NCBI GenBank assembly: GCA_043228905.1
Contig: JBHGNT010000539.1
Span: 1 to 21,218, forward strand
Length of the DNA: 21,218 nucleotides
DNA from: Azolla caroliniana
Taxonomy: Eukaryota; Plantae; Polypodiophyta
Direction: 5' to 3'
Shown: one piece after another, positions 8,252-20,600 of the stretch
How positions within the stretch are numbered: the stretch's first letter is position 1
How the letters are laid out: the number at the start of each line of letters is the position of its first letter
Notes under the pieces: generated by a model
What the model saw: the letters and a program-made list of their open reading frames with translations, nothing else
The model's database searches: none
What the model was told of the DNA's origin: nothing
Program-made: the position numbers and the translations under genes

Positions 8252-9120
8252 ATAGTACATAAACCTTGTTCAAATTATTCTCGTGGTCTCTCTCTAATTT
8301 CTCGTAAGTGTTTACGAACAAGTGCGTCTCCCCAATCGCGCATTACACCCACACGAACGTAAACACGAGCACCAACGTCCCTCCAACACGAACGTAAACA
8401 CGAGCACCAACGCATAGAATTTGCCTATAGGGACCGCAAACCACCCAAACGGAAAAGAAAACATCAAAGCAGGACACCCATACCGCACACGCCACGGCAA
8501 CGGCTAAGGCTAAGGTCAACTTGTACACGCGGCGAATGTGAACTTGCTTCCACACTTGCCCGATAGGACACTCCTAGTGTGGTAGTCCGGTTAGCTTTCC
8601 TTGTCGTCGTCGTTACCAACCCCTCGTCCGTCCGAACGAGCGAGTACGGACACCGGTCTATCTACGTTCATCGATGTAGCACACTCGGGAGCCACCACTC
8701 GTCCCGCAGTAGCCTCCGCGTGCTTAGTGTCTCGGCACTAGCGCGTTCTAGTTTAATGTGCACGTGCCCGCACACCCCTACGCGCACGCGCGAGTGCGCA
8801 CATTTACCTATGTATGTATAAATGTTATGTTGCTCGACAAGCTCTCGCGCGAGGAGGAGGAGTACCCGCTACAGGTTGCGCCCAGATTGTCTGGTGACAA
8901 TACGACACCTAGGACTAGCCTAGACGTGTGGGAGGGTGGACTAGTTGGTATGGGTCTTGGGCAAGAGTTGTACGCAGGACACACACGTTATGGTAATGGG
9001 AGTGGTGAGTGACATGCATGTGCTCTGATTGCATGGCCATGTGTATATATTAAAGGTGGAGGGAGCAATGTCAATACAATCCATTAGGAGACAAGCACCG
9101 GGATCATAAGGACAATCGCA

Positions 9121-9891
9121 ATGGCAAAGCTTACTTCCGTATTCCTCATGGCCGTGATCATGCTCGCCGCGTGTACCGCGGCCAATGCTAGGTCTGTAGG
9201 GCGGGACCGTGAAGAGGAGCGACGCGATCGACGTCGTGAGGGAGACATTGACGAGGAGAGGCGCGATCGACGCCGAGAGGGGGAGTGCGAGCGACGTCGT
9301 GAGGGGTTCCTTGAGGAGGGGCGCCGCTACAGAGACAACAAGAGAGACTCCGAAGAGGAAAGGGAACGTCGTAGCCGTGGTCGCGATGAGCCACGTGACG
9401 AGGAACTGAGGCGAGAGTGCGGTGATTTCATCGACAAGCAGATCCGAGAGCTACAAGAGCGCTCCGAAAGAGAGGAAGGTGAACAAGGACGTCGCTCCCC
9501 ATGGATCGAAAACACTCGATACTCAAGACCCTCGGAACGGTGCTGCAGGAACGTCGAACGAATCCCCGCCGAAGATCGATGCGATCGCCTACGTGATGCC
9601 TTGTATGCTGACGAGGAGGAACGACGCAATGATGAAGGCCGACGCCATGGCCAACAATCAAGGGAACACCGTAGCTGGGAGGAAGAGGACGAGGAGCGCG
9701 AGAGAGATAGCAGCCGTGAGCGACGAGAGGGTGACGAACGCCGCCACCGCATGTCTCGACGACAAGAGGACGAACGTCAACAACGTCGCCAATTCAAGGC
9801 CGATGACGAGGAAAGAGCTCTAGGCGTCGCCGCCTCCCGCCTACTCCAACAGTGCGATCTTCGCCCTCGTGCTTGTATTCGTCGCTTCTAA
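9121..9891 (+). CDS. 2S albumin-like storage protein precursor, copy 6
   Basis: Translation identical to copy 1. Confidence 0.85.
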   Translation: MAKLTSVFLMAVIMLAACTAANARSVGRDREEERRDRRREGDIDEERRDRRREGECERRREGFLEEGRRYRDNKRDSEEERERRSRGRDEPRDEELRRECGDFIDKQIRELQERSEREEGEQGRRSPWIENTRYSRPSERCCRNVERIPAEDRCDRLRDALYADEEERRNDEGRRHGQQSREHRSWEEEDEERERDSSRERREGDERRHRMSRRQEDERQQRRQFKADDEERALGVAASRLLQQCDLRPRACIRRF

Positions 9892-10760
9892 ATAGTACAT
9901 AAACCTTGTTCAAATTATTCTCGTGGTCTCTCTCTAATTTCTCGTAAGTGTTTACGAACAAGTGCGTCTCCCCAATCGCGCATTACACCCACACGAACGT
10001 AAACACGAGCACCAACGTCCCTCCAACACGAACGTAAACACGAGCACCAACGCATAGAATTTGCCTATAGGGACCGCAAACCACCCAAACGGAAAAGAAA
10101 ACATCAAAGCAGGACACCCATACCGCACACGCCACGGCAACGGCTAAGGCTAAGGTCAACTTGTACACGCGGCGAATGTGAACTTGCTTCCACACTTGCC
10201 CGATAGGACACTCCTAGTGTGGTAGTCCGGTTAGCTTTCCTTGTCGTCGTCGTTACCAACCCCTCGTCCGTCCGAACGAGCGAGTACGGACACCGGTCTA
10301 TCTACGTTCATCGATGTAGCACACTCGGGAGCCACCACTCGTCCCGCAGTAGCCTCCGCGTGCTTAGTGTCTCGGCACTAGCGCGTTCTAGTTTAATGTG
10401 CACGTGCCCGCACACCCCTACGCGCACGCGCGAGTGCGCACATTTACCTATGTATGTATAAATGTTATGTTGCTCGACAAGCTCTCGCGCGAGGAGGAGG
10501 AGTACCCGCTACAGGTTGCGCCCAGATTGTCTGGTGACAATACGACACCTAGGACTAGCCTAGACGTGTGGGAGGGTGGACTAGTTGGTATGGGTCTTGG
10601 GCAAGAGTTGTACGCAGGACACACACGTTATGGTAATGGGAGTGGTGAGTGACATGCATGTGCTCTGATTGCATGGCCATGTGTATATATTAAAGGTGGA
10701 GGGAGCAATGTCAATACAATCCATTAGGAGACAAGCACCGGGATCATAAGGACAATCGCA

Positions 10761-11531
10761 ATGGCAAAGCTTACTTCCGTATTCCTCATGGCCGTGATCA
10801 TGCTCGCCGCGTGTACCGCGGCCAATGCTAGGTCTGTAGGGCGGGACCGTGAAGAGGAGCGACGCGATCGACGTCGTGAGGGAGACATTGACGAGGAGAG
10901 GCGCGATCGACGCCGAGAGGGGGAGTGCGAGCGACGTCGTGAGGGGTTCCTTGAGGAGGGGCGCCGCTACAGAGACAACAAGAGAGACTCCGAAGAGGAA
11001 AGGGAACGTCGTAGCCGTGGTCGCGATGAGCCACGTGACGAGGAACTGAGGCGAGAGTGCGGTGATTTCATCGACAAGCAGATCCGAGAGCTACAAGAGC
11101 GCTCCGAAAGAGAGGAAGGTGAACAAGGACGTCGCTCCCCATGGATCGAAAACACTCGATACTCAAGACCCTCGGAACGGTGCTGCAGGAACGTCGAACG
11201 AATCCCCGCCGAAGATCGATGCGATCGCCTACGTGATGCCTTGTATGCTGACGAGGAGGAACGACGCAATGATGAAGGCCGACGCCATGGCCAACAATCA
11301 AGGGAACACCGTAGCTGGGAGGAAGAGGACGAGGAGCGCGAGAGAGATAGCAGCCGTGAGCGACGAGAGGGTGACGAACGCCGCCACCGCATGTCTCGAC
11401 GACAAGAGGACGAACGTCAACAACGTCGCCAATTCAAGGCCGATGACGAGGAAAGAGCTCTAGGCGTCGCCGCCTCCCGCCTACTCCAACAGTGCGATCT
11501 TCGCCCTCGTGCTTGTATTCGTCGCTTCTAA
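10761..11531 (+). CDS. 2S albumin-like storage protein precursor, copy 7
   Basis: Translation identical to copy 1. Confidence 0.85.
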   Translation: MAKLTSVFLMAVIMLAACTAANARSVGRDREEERRDRRREGDIDEERRDRRREGECERRREGFLEEGRRYRDNKRDSEEERERRSRGRDEPRDEELRRECGDFIDKQIRELQERSEREEGEQGRRSPWIENTRYSRPSERCCRNVERIPAEDRCDRLRDALYADEEERRNDEGRRHGQQSREHRSWEEEDEERERDSSRERREGDERRHRMSRRQEDERQQRRQFKADDEERALGVAASRLLQQCDLRPRACIRRF

Positions 11532-12400
11532 ATAGTACATAAACCTTGTTCAAATTATTCTCGTGGTCTCTCTCTAATTTCTCGTAAGTGTTTACGAACA
11601 AGTGCGTCTCCCCAATCGCGCATTACACCCACACGAACGTAAACACGAGCACCAACGTCCCTCCAACACGAACGTAAACACGAGCACCAACGCATAGAAT
11701 TTGCCTATAGGGACCGCAAACCACCCAAACGGAAAAGAAAACATCAAAGCAGGACACCCATACCGCACACGCCACGGCAACGGCTAAGGCTAAGGTCAAC
11801 TTGTACACGCGGCGAATGTGAACTTGCTTCCACACTTGCCCGATAGGACACTCCTAGTGTGGTAGTCCGGTTAGCTTTCCTTGTCGTCGTCGTTACCAAC
11901 CCCTCGTCCGTCCGAACGAGCGAGTACGGACACCGGTCTATCTACGTTCATCGATGTAGCACACTCGGGAGCCACCACTCGTCCCGCAGTAGCCTCCGCG
12001 TGCTTAGTGTCTCGGCACTAGCGCGTTCTAGTTTAATGTGCACGTGCCCGCACACCCCTACGCGCACGCGCGAGTGCGCACATTTACCTATGTATGTATA
12101 AATGTTATGTTGCTCGACAAGCTCTCGCGCGAGGAGGAGGAGTACCCGCTACAGGTTGCGCCCAGATTGTCTGGTGACAATACGACACCTAGGACTAGCC
12201 TAGACGTGTGGGAGGGTGGACTAGTTGGTATGGGTCTTGGGCAAGAGTTGTACGCAGGACACACACGTTATGGTAATGGGAGTGGTGAGTGACATGCATG
12301 TGCTCTGATTGCATGGCCATGTGTATATATTAAAGGTGGAGGGAGCAATGTCAATACAATCCATTAGGAGACAAGCACCGGGATCATAAGGACAATCGCA

Positions 12401-13171
12401 ATGGCAAAGCTTACTTCCGTATTCCTCATGGCCGTGATCATGCTCGCCGCGTGTACCGCGGCCAATGCTAGGTCTGTAGGGCGGGACCGTGAAGAGGAGC
12501 GACGCGATCGACGTCGTGAGGGAGACATTGACGAGGAGAGGCGCGATCGACGCCGAGATGGGGAGTGCGAGCGACGTCGTGAGGGGTTCCTTGAGGAGGG
12601 GCGCCGCTACAGAGACAACAAGAGAGACTCCGAAGAGGAAAGGGAACGTCGTAGCCGTGGTCGCGATGAGCCACGTGACGAGGAACTGAGGCGAGAGTGC
12701 GGTGATTTCATCGACAAGCAGATCCGAGAGCTACAAGAGCGCTCCGAAAGAGAGGAAGGTGAACAAGGACGTCGCTCCCCATGGATCGAAAACACTCGAT
12801 ACTCAAGACCCTCGGAACGGTGCTGCAGGAACGTCGAACGAATCCCCGCCGAAGATCGATGCGATCGCCTACGTGATGCCTTGTATGCTGACGAGGAGGA
12901 ACGACGCAATGATGAAGGCCGACGCCATGGCCAACAATCAAGGGAACACCGTAGCTGGGAGGAAGAGGACGAGGAGCGCGAGAGAGATAGCAGCCGTGAG
13001 CGACGAGAGGGTGACGAACGCCGCCACCGCATGTCTCGACGACAAGAGGACGAACGTCAACAACGTCGCCAATTCAAGGCCGATGACGAGGAAAGAGCTC
13101 TAGGCGTCGCCGCCTCCCGCCTACTCCAACAGTGCGATCTTCGCCCTCGTGCTTGTATTCGTCGCTTCTAA
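12401..13171 (+). CDS. 2S albumin-like storage protein precursor, copy 8 (E53D variant)
   Basis: Same as copy 1 except G>T at 12559 (GAG>GAT). Confidence 0.85.
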   Translation: MAKLTSVFLMAVIMLAACTAANARSVGRDREEERRDRRREGDIDEERRDRRRDGECERRREGFLEEGRRYRDNKRDSEEERERRSRGRDEPRDEELRRECGDFIDKQIRELQERSEREEGEQGRRSPWIENTRYSRPSERCCRNVERIPAEDRCDRLRDALYADEEERRNDEGRRHGQQSREHRSWEEEDEERERDSSRERREGDERRHRMSRRQEDERQQRRQFKADDEERALGVAASRLLQQCDLRPRACIRRF

Positions 13172-14040
13172 ATAGTACATAAACCTTGTTCAAATTATTC
13201 TCGTGGTCTCTCTCTAATTTCTCGTAAGTGTTTACGAACAAGTGCGTCTCCCCAATCGCGCATTACACCCACACGAACGTAAACACGAGCACCAACGTCC
13301 CTCCAACACGAACGTAAACACGAGCACCAACGCATAGAATTTGCCTATAGGGACCGCAAACCACCCAAACGGAAAAGAAAACATCAAAGCAGGACACCCA
13401 TACCGCACACGCCACGGCAACGGCTAAGGCTAAGGTCAACTTGTACACGCGGCGAATGTGAACTTGCTTCCACACTTGCCCGATAGGACACTCCTAGTGT
13501 GGTAGTCCGGTTAGCTTTCCTTGTCGTCGTCGTTACCAACCCCTCGTCCGTCCGAACGAGCGAGTACGGACACCGGTCTATCTACGTTCATCGATGTAGC
13601 ACACTCGGGAGCCACCACTCGTCCCGCAGTAGCCTCCGCGTGCTTAGTGTCTCGGCACTAGCGCGTTCTAGTTTAATGTGCACGTGCCCGCACACCCCTA
13701 CGCGCACGCGCGAGTGCGCACATTTACCTATGTATGTATAAATGTTATGTTGCTCGACAAGCTCTCGCGCGAGGAGGAGGAGTACCCGCTACAGGTTGCG
13801 CCCAGATTGTCTGGTGACAATACGACACCTAGGACTAGCCTAGACGTGTGGGAGGGTGGACTAGTTGGTATGGGTCTTGGGCAAGAGTTGTACGCAGGAC
13901 ACACACGTTATGGTAATGGGAGTGGTGAGTGACATGCATGTGCTCTGATTGCATGGCCATGTGTATATATTAAAGGTGGAGGGAGCAATGTCAATACAAT
14001 CCATTAGGAGACAAGCACCGGGATCATAAGGACAATCGCA

Positions 14041-14811
14041 ATGGCAAAGCTTACTTCCGTATTCCTCATGGCCGTGATCATGCTCGCCGCGTGTACCGCG
14101 GCCAATGCTAGGTCTGTAGGGCGGGACCGTGAAGAGGAGCGACGCGATCGACGTCGTGAGGGAGACATTGACGAGGAGAGGCGCGATCGACGCCGAGAGG
14201 GGGAGTGCGAGCGACGTCGTGAGGGGTTCCTTGAGGAGGGGCGCCGCTACAGAGACAACAAGAGAGACTCCGAAGAGGAAAGGGAACGTCGTAGCCGTGG
14301 TCGCGATGAGCCACGTGACGAGGAACTGAGGCGAGAGTGCGGTGATTTCATCGACAAGCAGATCCGAGAGCTACAAGAGCGCTCCGAAAGAGAGGAAGGT
14401 GAACAAGGACGTCGCTCCCCATGGATCGAAAACACTCGATACTCAAGACCCTCGGAACGGTGCTGCAGGAACGTCGAACGAATCCCCGCCGAAGATCGAT
14501 GCGATCGCCTACGTGATGCCTTGTATGCTGACGAGGAGGAACGACGCAATGATGAAGGCCGACGCCATGGCCAACAATCAAGGGAACACCGTAGCTGGGA
14601 GGAAGAGGACGAGGAGCGCGAGAGAGATAGCAGCCGTGAGCGACGAGAGGGTGACGAACGCCGCCACCGCATGTCTCGACGACAAGAGGACGAACGTCAA
14701 CAACGTCGCCAATTCAAGGCCGATGACGAGGAAAGAGCTCTAGGCGTCGCCGCCTCCCGCCTACTCCAACAGTGCGATCTTCGCCCTCGTGCTTGTATTC
14801 GTCGCTTCTAA
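14041..14811 (+). CDS. 2S albumin-like storage protein precursor, copy 9
   Basis: Translation identical to copy 1. Confidence 0.85.
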   Translation: MAKLTSVFLMAVIMLAACTAANARSVGRDREEERRDRRREGDIDEERRDRRREGECERRREGFLEEGRRYRDNKRDSEEERERRSRGRDEPRDEELRRECGDFIDKQIRELQERSEREEGEQGRRSPWIENTRYSRPSERCCRNVERIPAEDRCDRLRDALYADEEERRNDEGRRHGQQSREHRSWEEEDEERERDSSRERREGDERRHRMSRRQEDERQQRRQFKADDEERALGVAASRLLQQCDLRPRACIRRF

Positions 14812-15680
14812 ATAGTACATAAACCTTGTTCAAATTATTCTCGTGGTCTCTCTCTAATTTCTCGTAAGTGTTTACGAACAAGTGCGTCTCCCCAATCGCG
14901 CATTACACCCACACGAACGTAAACACGAGCACCAACGTCCCTCCAACACGAACGTAAACACGAGCACCAACGCATAGAATTTGCCTATAGGGACCGCAAA
15001 CCACCCAAACGGAAAAGAAAACATCAAAGCAGGACACCCATACCGCACACGCCACGGCAACGGCTAAGGCTAAGGTCAACTTGTACACGCGGCGAATGTG
15101 AACTTGCTTCCACACTTGCCCGATAGGACACTCCTAGTGTGGTAGTCCGGTTAGCTTTCCTTGTCGTCGTCGTTACCAACCCCTCGTCCGTCCGAACGAG
15201 CGAGTACGGACACCGGTCTATCTACGTTCATCGATGTAGCACACTCGGGAGCCACCACTCGTCCCGCAGTAGCCTCCGCGTGCTTAGTGTCTCGGCACTA
15301 GCGCGTTCTAGTTTAATGTGCACGTGCCCGCACACCCCTACGCGCACGCGCGAGTGCGCACATTTACCTATGTATGTATAAATGTTATGTTGCTCGACAA
15401 GCTCTCGCGCGAGGAGGAGGAGTACCCGCTACAGGTTGCGCCCAGATTGTCTGGTGACAATACGACACCTAGGACTAGCCTAGACGTGTGGGAGGGTGGA
15501 CTAGTTGGTATGGGTCTTGGGCAAGAGTTGTACGCAGGACACACACGTTATGGTAATGGGAGTGGTGAGTGACATGCATGTGCTCTGATTGCATGGCCAT
15601 GTGTATATATTAAAGGTGGAGGGAGCAATGTCAATACAATCCATTAGGAGACAAGCACCGGGATCATAAGGACAATCGCA

Positions 15681-16451
15681 ATGGCAAAGCTTACTTCCGT
15701 ATTCCTCATGGCCGTGATCATGCTCGCCGCGTGTACCGCGGCCAATGCTAGGTCTGTAGGGCGGGACCGTGAAGAGGAGCGACGCGATCGACGTCGTGAG
15801 GGAGACATTGACGAGGAGAGGCGCGATCGACGCCGAGAGGGGGAGTGCGAGCGACGTCGTGAGGGGTTCCTTGAGGAGGGGCGCCGCTACAGAGACAACA
15901 AGAGAGACTCCGAAGAGGAAAGGGAACGTCGTAGCCGTGGTCGCGATGAGCCACGTGACGAGGAACTGAGGCGAGAGTGCGGTGATTTCATCGACAAGCA
16001 GATCCGAGAGCTACAAGAGCGCTCCGAAAGAGAGGAAGGTGAACAAGGACGTCGCTCCCCATGGATCGAAAACACTCGATACTCAAGACCCTCGGAACGG
16101 TGCTGCAGGAACGTCGAACGAATCCCCGCCGAAGATCGATGCGATCGCCTACGTGATGCCTTGTATGCTGACGAGGAGGAACGACGCAATGATGAAGGCC
16201 GACGCCATGGCCAACAATCAAGGGAACACCGTAGCTGGGAGGAAGAGGACGAGGAGCGCGAGAGAGATAGCAGCCGTGAGCGACGAGAGGGTGACGAACG
16301 CCGCCACCGCATGTCTCGACGACAAGAGGACGAACGTCAACAACGTCGCCAATTCAAGGCCGATGACGAGGAAAGAGCTCTAGGCGTCGCCGCCTCCCGC
16401 CTACTCCAACAGTGCGATCTTCGCCCTCGTGCTTGTATTCGTCGCTTCTAA
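15681..16451 (+). CDS. 2S albumin-like storage protein precursor, copy 10
   Basis: Translation identical to copy 1. Confidence 0.85.
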   Translation: MAKLTSVFLMAVIMLAACTAANARSVGRDREEERRDRRREGDIDEERRDRRREGECERRREGFLEEGRRYRDNKRDSEEERERRSRGRDEPRDEELRRECGDFIDKQIRELQERSEREEGEQGRRSPWIENTRYSRPSERCCRNVERIPAEDRCDRLRDALYADEEERRNDEGRRHGQQSREHRSWEEEDEERERDSSRERREGDERRHRMSRRQEDERQQRRQFKADDEERALGVAASRLLQQCDLRPRACIRRF

Positions 16452-17320
16452 ATAGTACATAAACCTTGTTCAAATTATTCTCGTGGTCTCTCTCTAATTT
16501 CTCGTAAGTGTTTACGAACAAGTGCGTCTCCCCAATCGCGCATTACACCCACACGAACGTAAACACGAGCACCAACGTCCCTCCAACACGAACGTAAACA
16601 CGAGCACCAACGCATAGAATTTGCCTATAGGGACCGCAAACCACCCAAACGGAAAAGAAAACATCAAAGCAGGACACCCATACCGCACACGCCACGGCAA
16701 CGGCTAAGGCTAAGGTCAACTTGTACACGCGGCGAATGTGAACTTGCTTCCACACTTGCCCGATAGGACACTCCTAGTGTGGTAGTCCGGTTAGCTTTCC
16801 TTGTCGTCGTCGTTACCAACCCCTCGTCCGTCCGAACGAGCGAGTACGGACACCGGTCTATCTACGTTCATCGATGTAGCACACTCGGGAGCCACCACTC
16901 GTCCCGCAGTAGCCTCCGCGTGCTTAGTGTCTCGGCACTAGCGCGTTCTAGTTTAATGTGCACGTGCCCGCACACCCCTACGCGCACGCGCGAGTGCGCA
17001 CATTTACCTATGTATGTATAAATGTTATGTTGCTCGACAAGCTCTCGCGCGAGGAGGAGGAGTACCCGCTACAGGTTGCGCCCAGATTGTCTGGTGACAA
17101 TACGACACCTAGGACTAGCCTAGACGTGTGGGAGGGTGGACTAGTTGGTATGGGTCTTGGGCAAGAGTTGTACGCAGGACACACACGTTATGGTAATGGG
17201 AGTGGTGAGTGACATGCATGTGCTCTGATTGCATGGCCATGTGTATATATTAAAGGTGGAGGGAGCAATGTCAATACAATCCATTAGGAGACAAGCACCG
17301 GGATCATAAGGACAATCGCA

Positions 17321-18091
17321 ATGGCAAAGCTTACTTCCGTATTCCTCATGGCCGTGATCATGCTCGCCGCGTGTACCGCGGCCAATGCTAGGTCTGTAGG
17401 GCGGGACCGTGAAGAGGAGCGACGCGATCGACGTCGTGAGGGAGACATTGACGAGGAGAGGCGCGATCGACGCCGAGAGGGGGAGTGCGAGCGACGTCGT
17501 GAGGGGTTCCTTGAGGAGGGGCGCCGCTACAGAGACAACAAGAGAGACTCCGAAGAGGAAAGGGAACGTCGTAGCCGTGGTCGCGATGAGCCACGTGACG
17601 AGGAACTGAGGCGAGAGTGCGGTGATTTCATCGACAAGCAGATCCGAGAGCTACAAGAGCGCTCCGAAAGAGAGGAAGGTGAACAAGGACGTCGCTCCCC
17701 ATGGATCGAAAACACTCGATACTCAAGACCCTCGGAACGGTGCTGCAGGAACGTCGAACGAATCCCCGCCGAAGATCGATGCGATCGCCTACGTGATGCC
17801 TTGTATGCTGACGAGGAGGAACGACGCAATGATGAAGGCCGACGCCATGGCCAACAATCAAGGGAACACCGTAGCTGGGAGGAAGAGGACGAGGAGCGCG
17901 AGAGAGATAGCAGCCGTGAGCGACGAGAGGGTGACGAACGCCGCCACCGCATGTCTCGACGACAAGAGGACGAACGTCAACAACGTCGCCAATTCAAGGC
18001 CGATGACGAGGAAAGAGCTCTAGGCGTCGCCGCCTCCCGCCTACTCCAACAGTGCGATCTTCGCCCTCGTGCTTGTATTCGTCGCTTCTAA
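17321..18091 (+). CDS. 2S albumin-like storage protein precursor, copy 11
   Basis: Translation identical to copy 1. Confidence 0.85.
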   Translation: MAKLTSVFLMAVIMLAACTAANARSVGRDREEERRDRRREGDIDEERRDRRREGECERRREGFLEEGRRYRDNKRDSEEERERRSRGRDEPRDEELRRECGDFIDKQIRELQERSEREEGEQGRRSPWIENTRYSRPSERCCRNVERIPAEDRCDRLRDALYADEEERRNDEGRRHGQQSREHRSWEEEDEERERDSSRERREGDERRHRMSRRQEDERQQRRQFKADDEERALGVAASRLLQQCDLRPRACIRRF

Positions 18092-18960
18092 ATAGTACAT
18101 AAACCTTGTTCAAATTATTCTCGTGGTCTCTCTCTAATTTCTCGTAAGTGTTTACGAACAAGTGCGTCTCCCCAATCGCGCATTACACCCACACGAACGT
18201 AAACACGAGCACCAACGTCCCTCCAACACGAACGTAAACACGAGCACCAACGCATAGAATTTGCCTATAGGGACCGCAAACCACCCAAACGGAAAAGAAA
18301 ACATCAAAGCAGGACACCCATACCGCACACGCCACGGCAACGGCTAAGGCTAAGGTCAACTTGTACACGCGGCGAATGTGAACTTGCTTCCACACTTGCC
18401 CGATAGGACACTCCTAGTGTGGTAGTCCGGTTAGCTTTCCTTGTCGTCGTCGTTACCAACCCCTCGTCCGTCCGAACGAGCGAGTACGGACACCGGTCTA
18501 TCTACGTTCATCGATGTAGCACACTCGGGAGCCACCACTCGTCCCGCAGTAGCCTCCGCGTGCTTAGTGTCTCGGCACTAGCGCGTTCTAGTTTAATGTG
18601 CACGTGCCCGCACACCCCTACGCGCACGCGCGAGTGCGCACATTTACCTATGTATGTATAAATGTTATGTTGCTCGACAAGCTCTCGCGCGAGGAGGAGG
18701 AGTACCCGCTACAGGTTGCGCCCAGATTGTCTGGTGACAATACGACACCTAGGACTAGCCTAGACGTGTGGGAGGGTGGACTAGTTGGTATGGGTCTTGG
18801 GCAAGAGTTGTACGCAGGACACACACGTTATGGTAATGGGAGTGGTGAGTGACATGCATGTGCTCTGATTGCATGGCCATGTGTATATATTAAAGGTGGA
18901 GGGAGCAATGTCAATACAATCCATTAGGAGACAAGCACCGGGATCATAAGGACAATCGCA

Positions 18961-19731
18961 ATGGCAAAGCTTACTTCCGTATTCCTCATGGCCGTGATCA
19001 TGCTCGCCGCGTGTACCGCGGCCAATGCTAGGTCTGTAGGGCGGGACCGTGAAGAGGAGCGACGCGATCGACGTCGTGAGGGAGACATTGACGAGGAGAG
19101 GCGCGATCGACGCCGAGAGGGGGAGTGCGAGCGACGTCGTGAGGGGTTCCTTGAGGAGGGGCGCCGCTACAGAGACAACAAGAGAGACTCCGAAGAGGAA
19201 AGGGAACGTCGTAGCCGTGGTCGCGATGAGCCACGTGACGAGGAACTGAGGCGAGAGTGCGGTGATTTCATCGACAAGCAGATCCGAGAGCTACAAGAGC
19301 GCTCCGAAAGAGAGGAAGGTGAACAAGGACGTCGCTCCCCATGGATCGAAAACACTCGATACTCAAGACCCTCGGAACGGTGCTGCAGGAACGTCGAACG
19401 AATCCCCGCCGAAGATCGATGCGATCGCCTACGTGATGCCTTGTATGCTGACGAGGAGGAACGACGCAATGATGAAGGCCGACGCCATGGCCAACAATCA
19501 AGGGAACACCGTAGCTGGGAGGAAGAGGACGAGGAGCGCGAGAGAGATAGCAGCCGTGAGCGACGAGAGGGTGACGAACGCCGCCACCGCATGTCTCGAC
19601 GACAAGAGGACGAACGTCAACAACGTCGCCAATTCAAGGCCGATGACGAGGAAAGAGCTCTAGGCGTCGCCGCCTCCCGCCTACTCCAACAGTGCGATCT
19701 TCGCCCTCGTGCTTGTATTCGTCGCTTCTAA
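18961..19731 (+). CDS. 2S albumin-like storage protein precursor, copy 12
   Basis: Translation identical to copy 1. Confidence 0.85.
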   Translation: MAKLTSVFLMAVIMLAACTAANARSVGRDREEERRDRRREGDIDEERRDRRREGECERRREGFLEEGRRYRDNKRDSEEERERRSRGRDEPRDEELRRECGDFIDKQIRELQERSEREEGEQGRRSPWIENTRYSRPSERCCRNVERIPAEDRCDRLRDALYADEEERRNDEGRRHGQQSREHRSWEEEDEERERDSSRERREGDERRHRMSRRQEDERQQRRQFKADDEERALGVAASRLLQQCDLRPRACIRRF

Positions 19732-20600
19732 ATAGTACATAAACCTTGTTCAAATTATTCTCGTGGTCTCTCTCTAATTTCTCGTAAGTGTTTACGAACA
19801 AGTGCGTCTCCCCAATCGCGCATTACACCCACACGAACGTAAACACGAGCACCAACGTCCCTCCAACACGAACGTAAACACGAGCACCAACGCATAGAAT
19901 TTGCCTATAGGGACCGCAAACCACCCAAACGGAAAAGAAAACATCAAAGCAGGACACCCATACCGCACACGCCACGGCAACGGCTAAGGCTAAGGTCAAC
20001 TTGTACACGCGGCGAATGTGAACTTGCTTCCACACTTGCCCGATAGGACACTCCTAGTGTGGTAGTCCGGTTAGCTTTCCTTGTCGTCGTCGTTACCAAC
20101 CCCTCGTCCGTCCGAACGAGCGAGTACGGACACCGGTCTATCTACGTTCATCGATGTAGCACACTCGGGAGCCACCACTCGTCCCGCAGTAGCCTCCGCG
20201 TGCTTAGTGTCTCGGCACTAGCGCGTTCTAGTTTAATGTGCACGTGCCCGCACACCCCTACGCGCACGCGCGAGTGCGCACATTTACCTATGTATGTATA
20301 AATGTTATGTTGCTCGACAAGCTCTCGCGCGAGGAGGAGGAGTACCCGCTACAGGTTGCGCCCAGATTGTCTGGTGACAATACGACACCTAGGACTAGCC
20401 TAGACGTGTGGGAGGGTGGACTAGTTGGTATGGGTCTTGGGCAAGAGTTGTACGCAGGACACACACGTTATGGTAATGGGAGTGGTGAGTGACATGCATG
20501 TGCTCTGATTGCATGGCCATGTGTATATATTAAAGGTGGAGGGAGCAATGTCAATACAATCCATTAGGAGACAAGCACCGGGATCATAAGGACAATCGCA

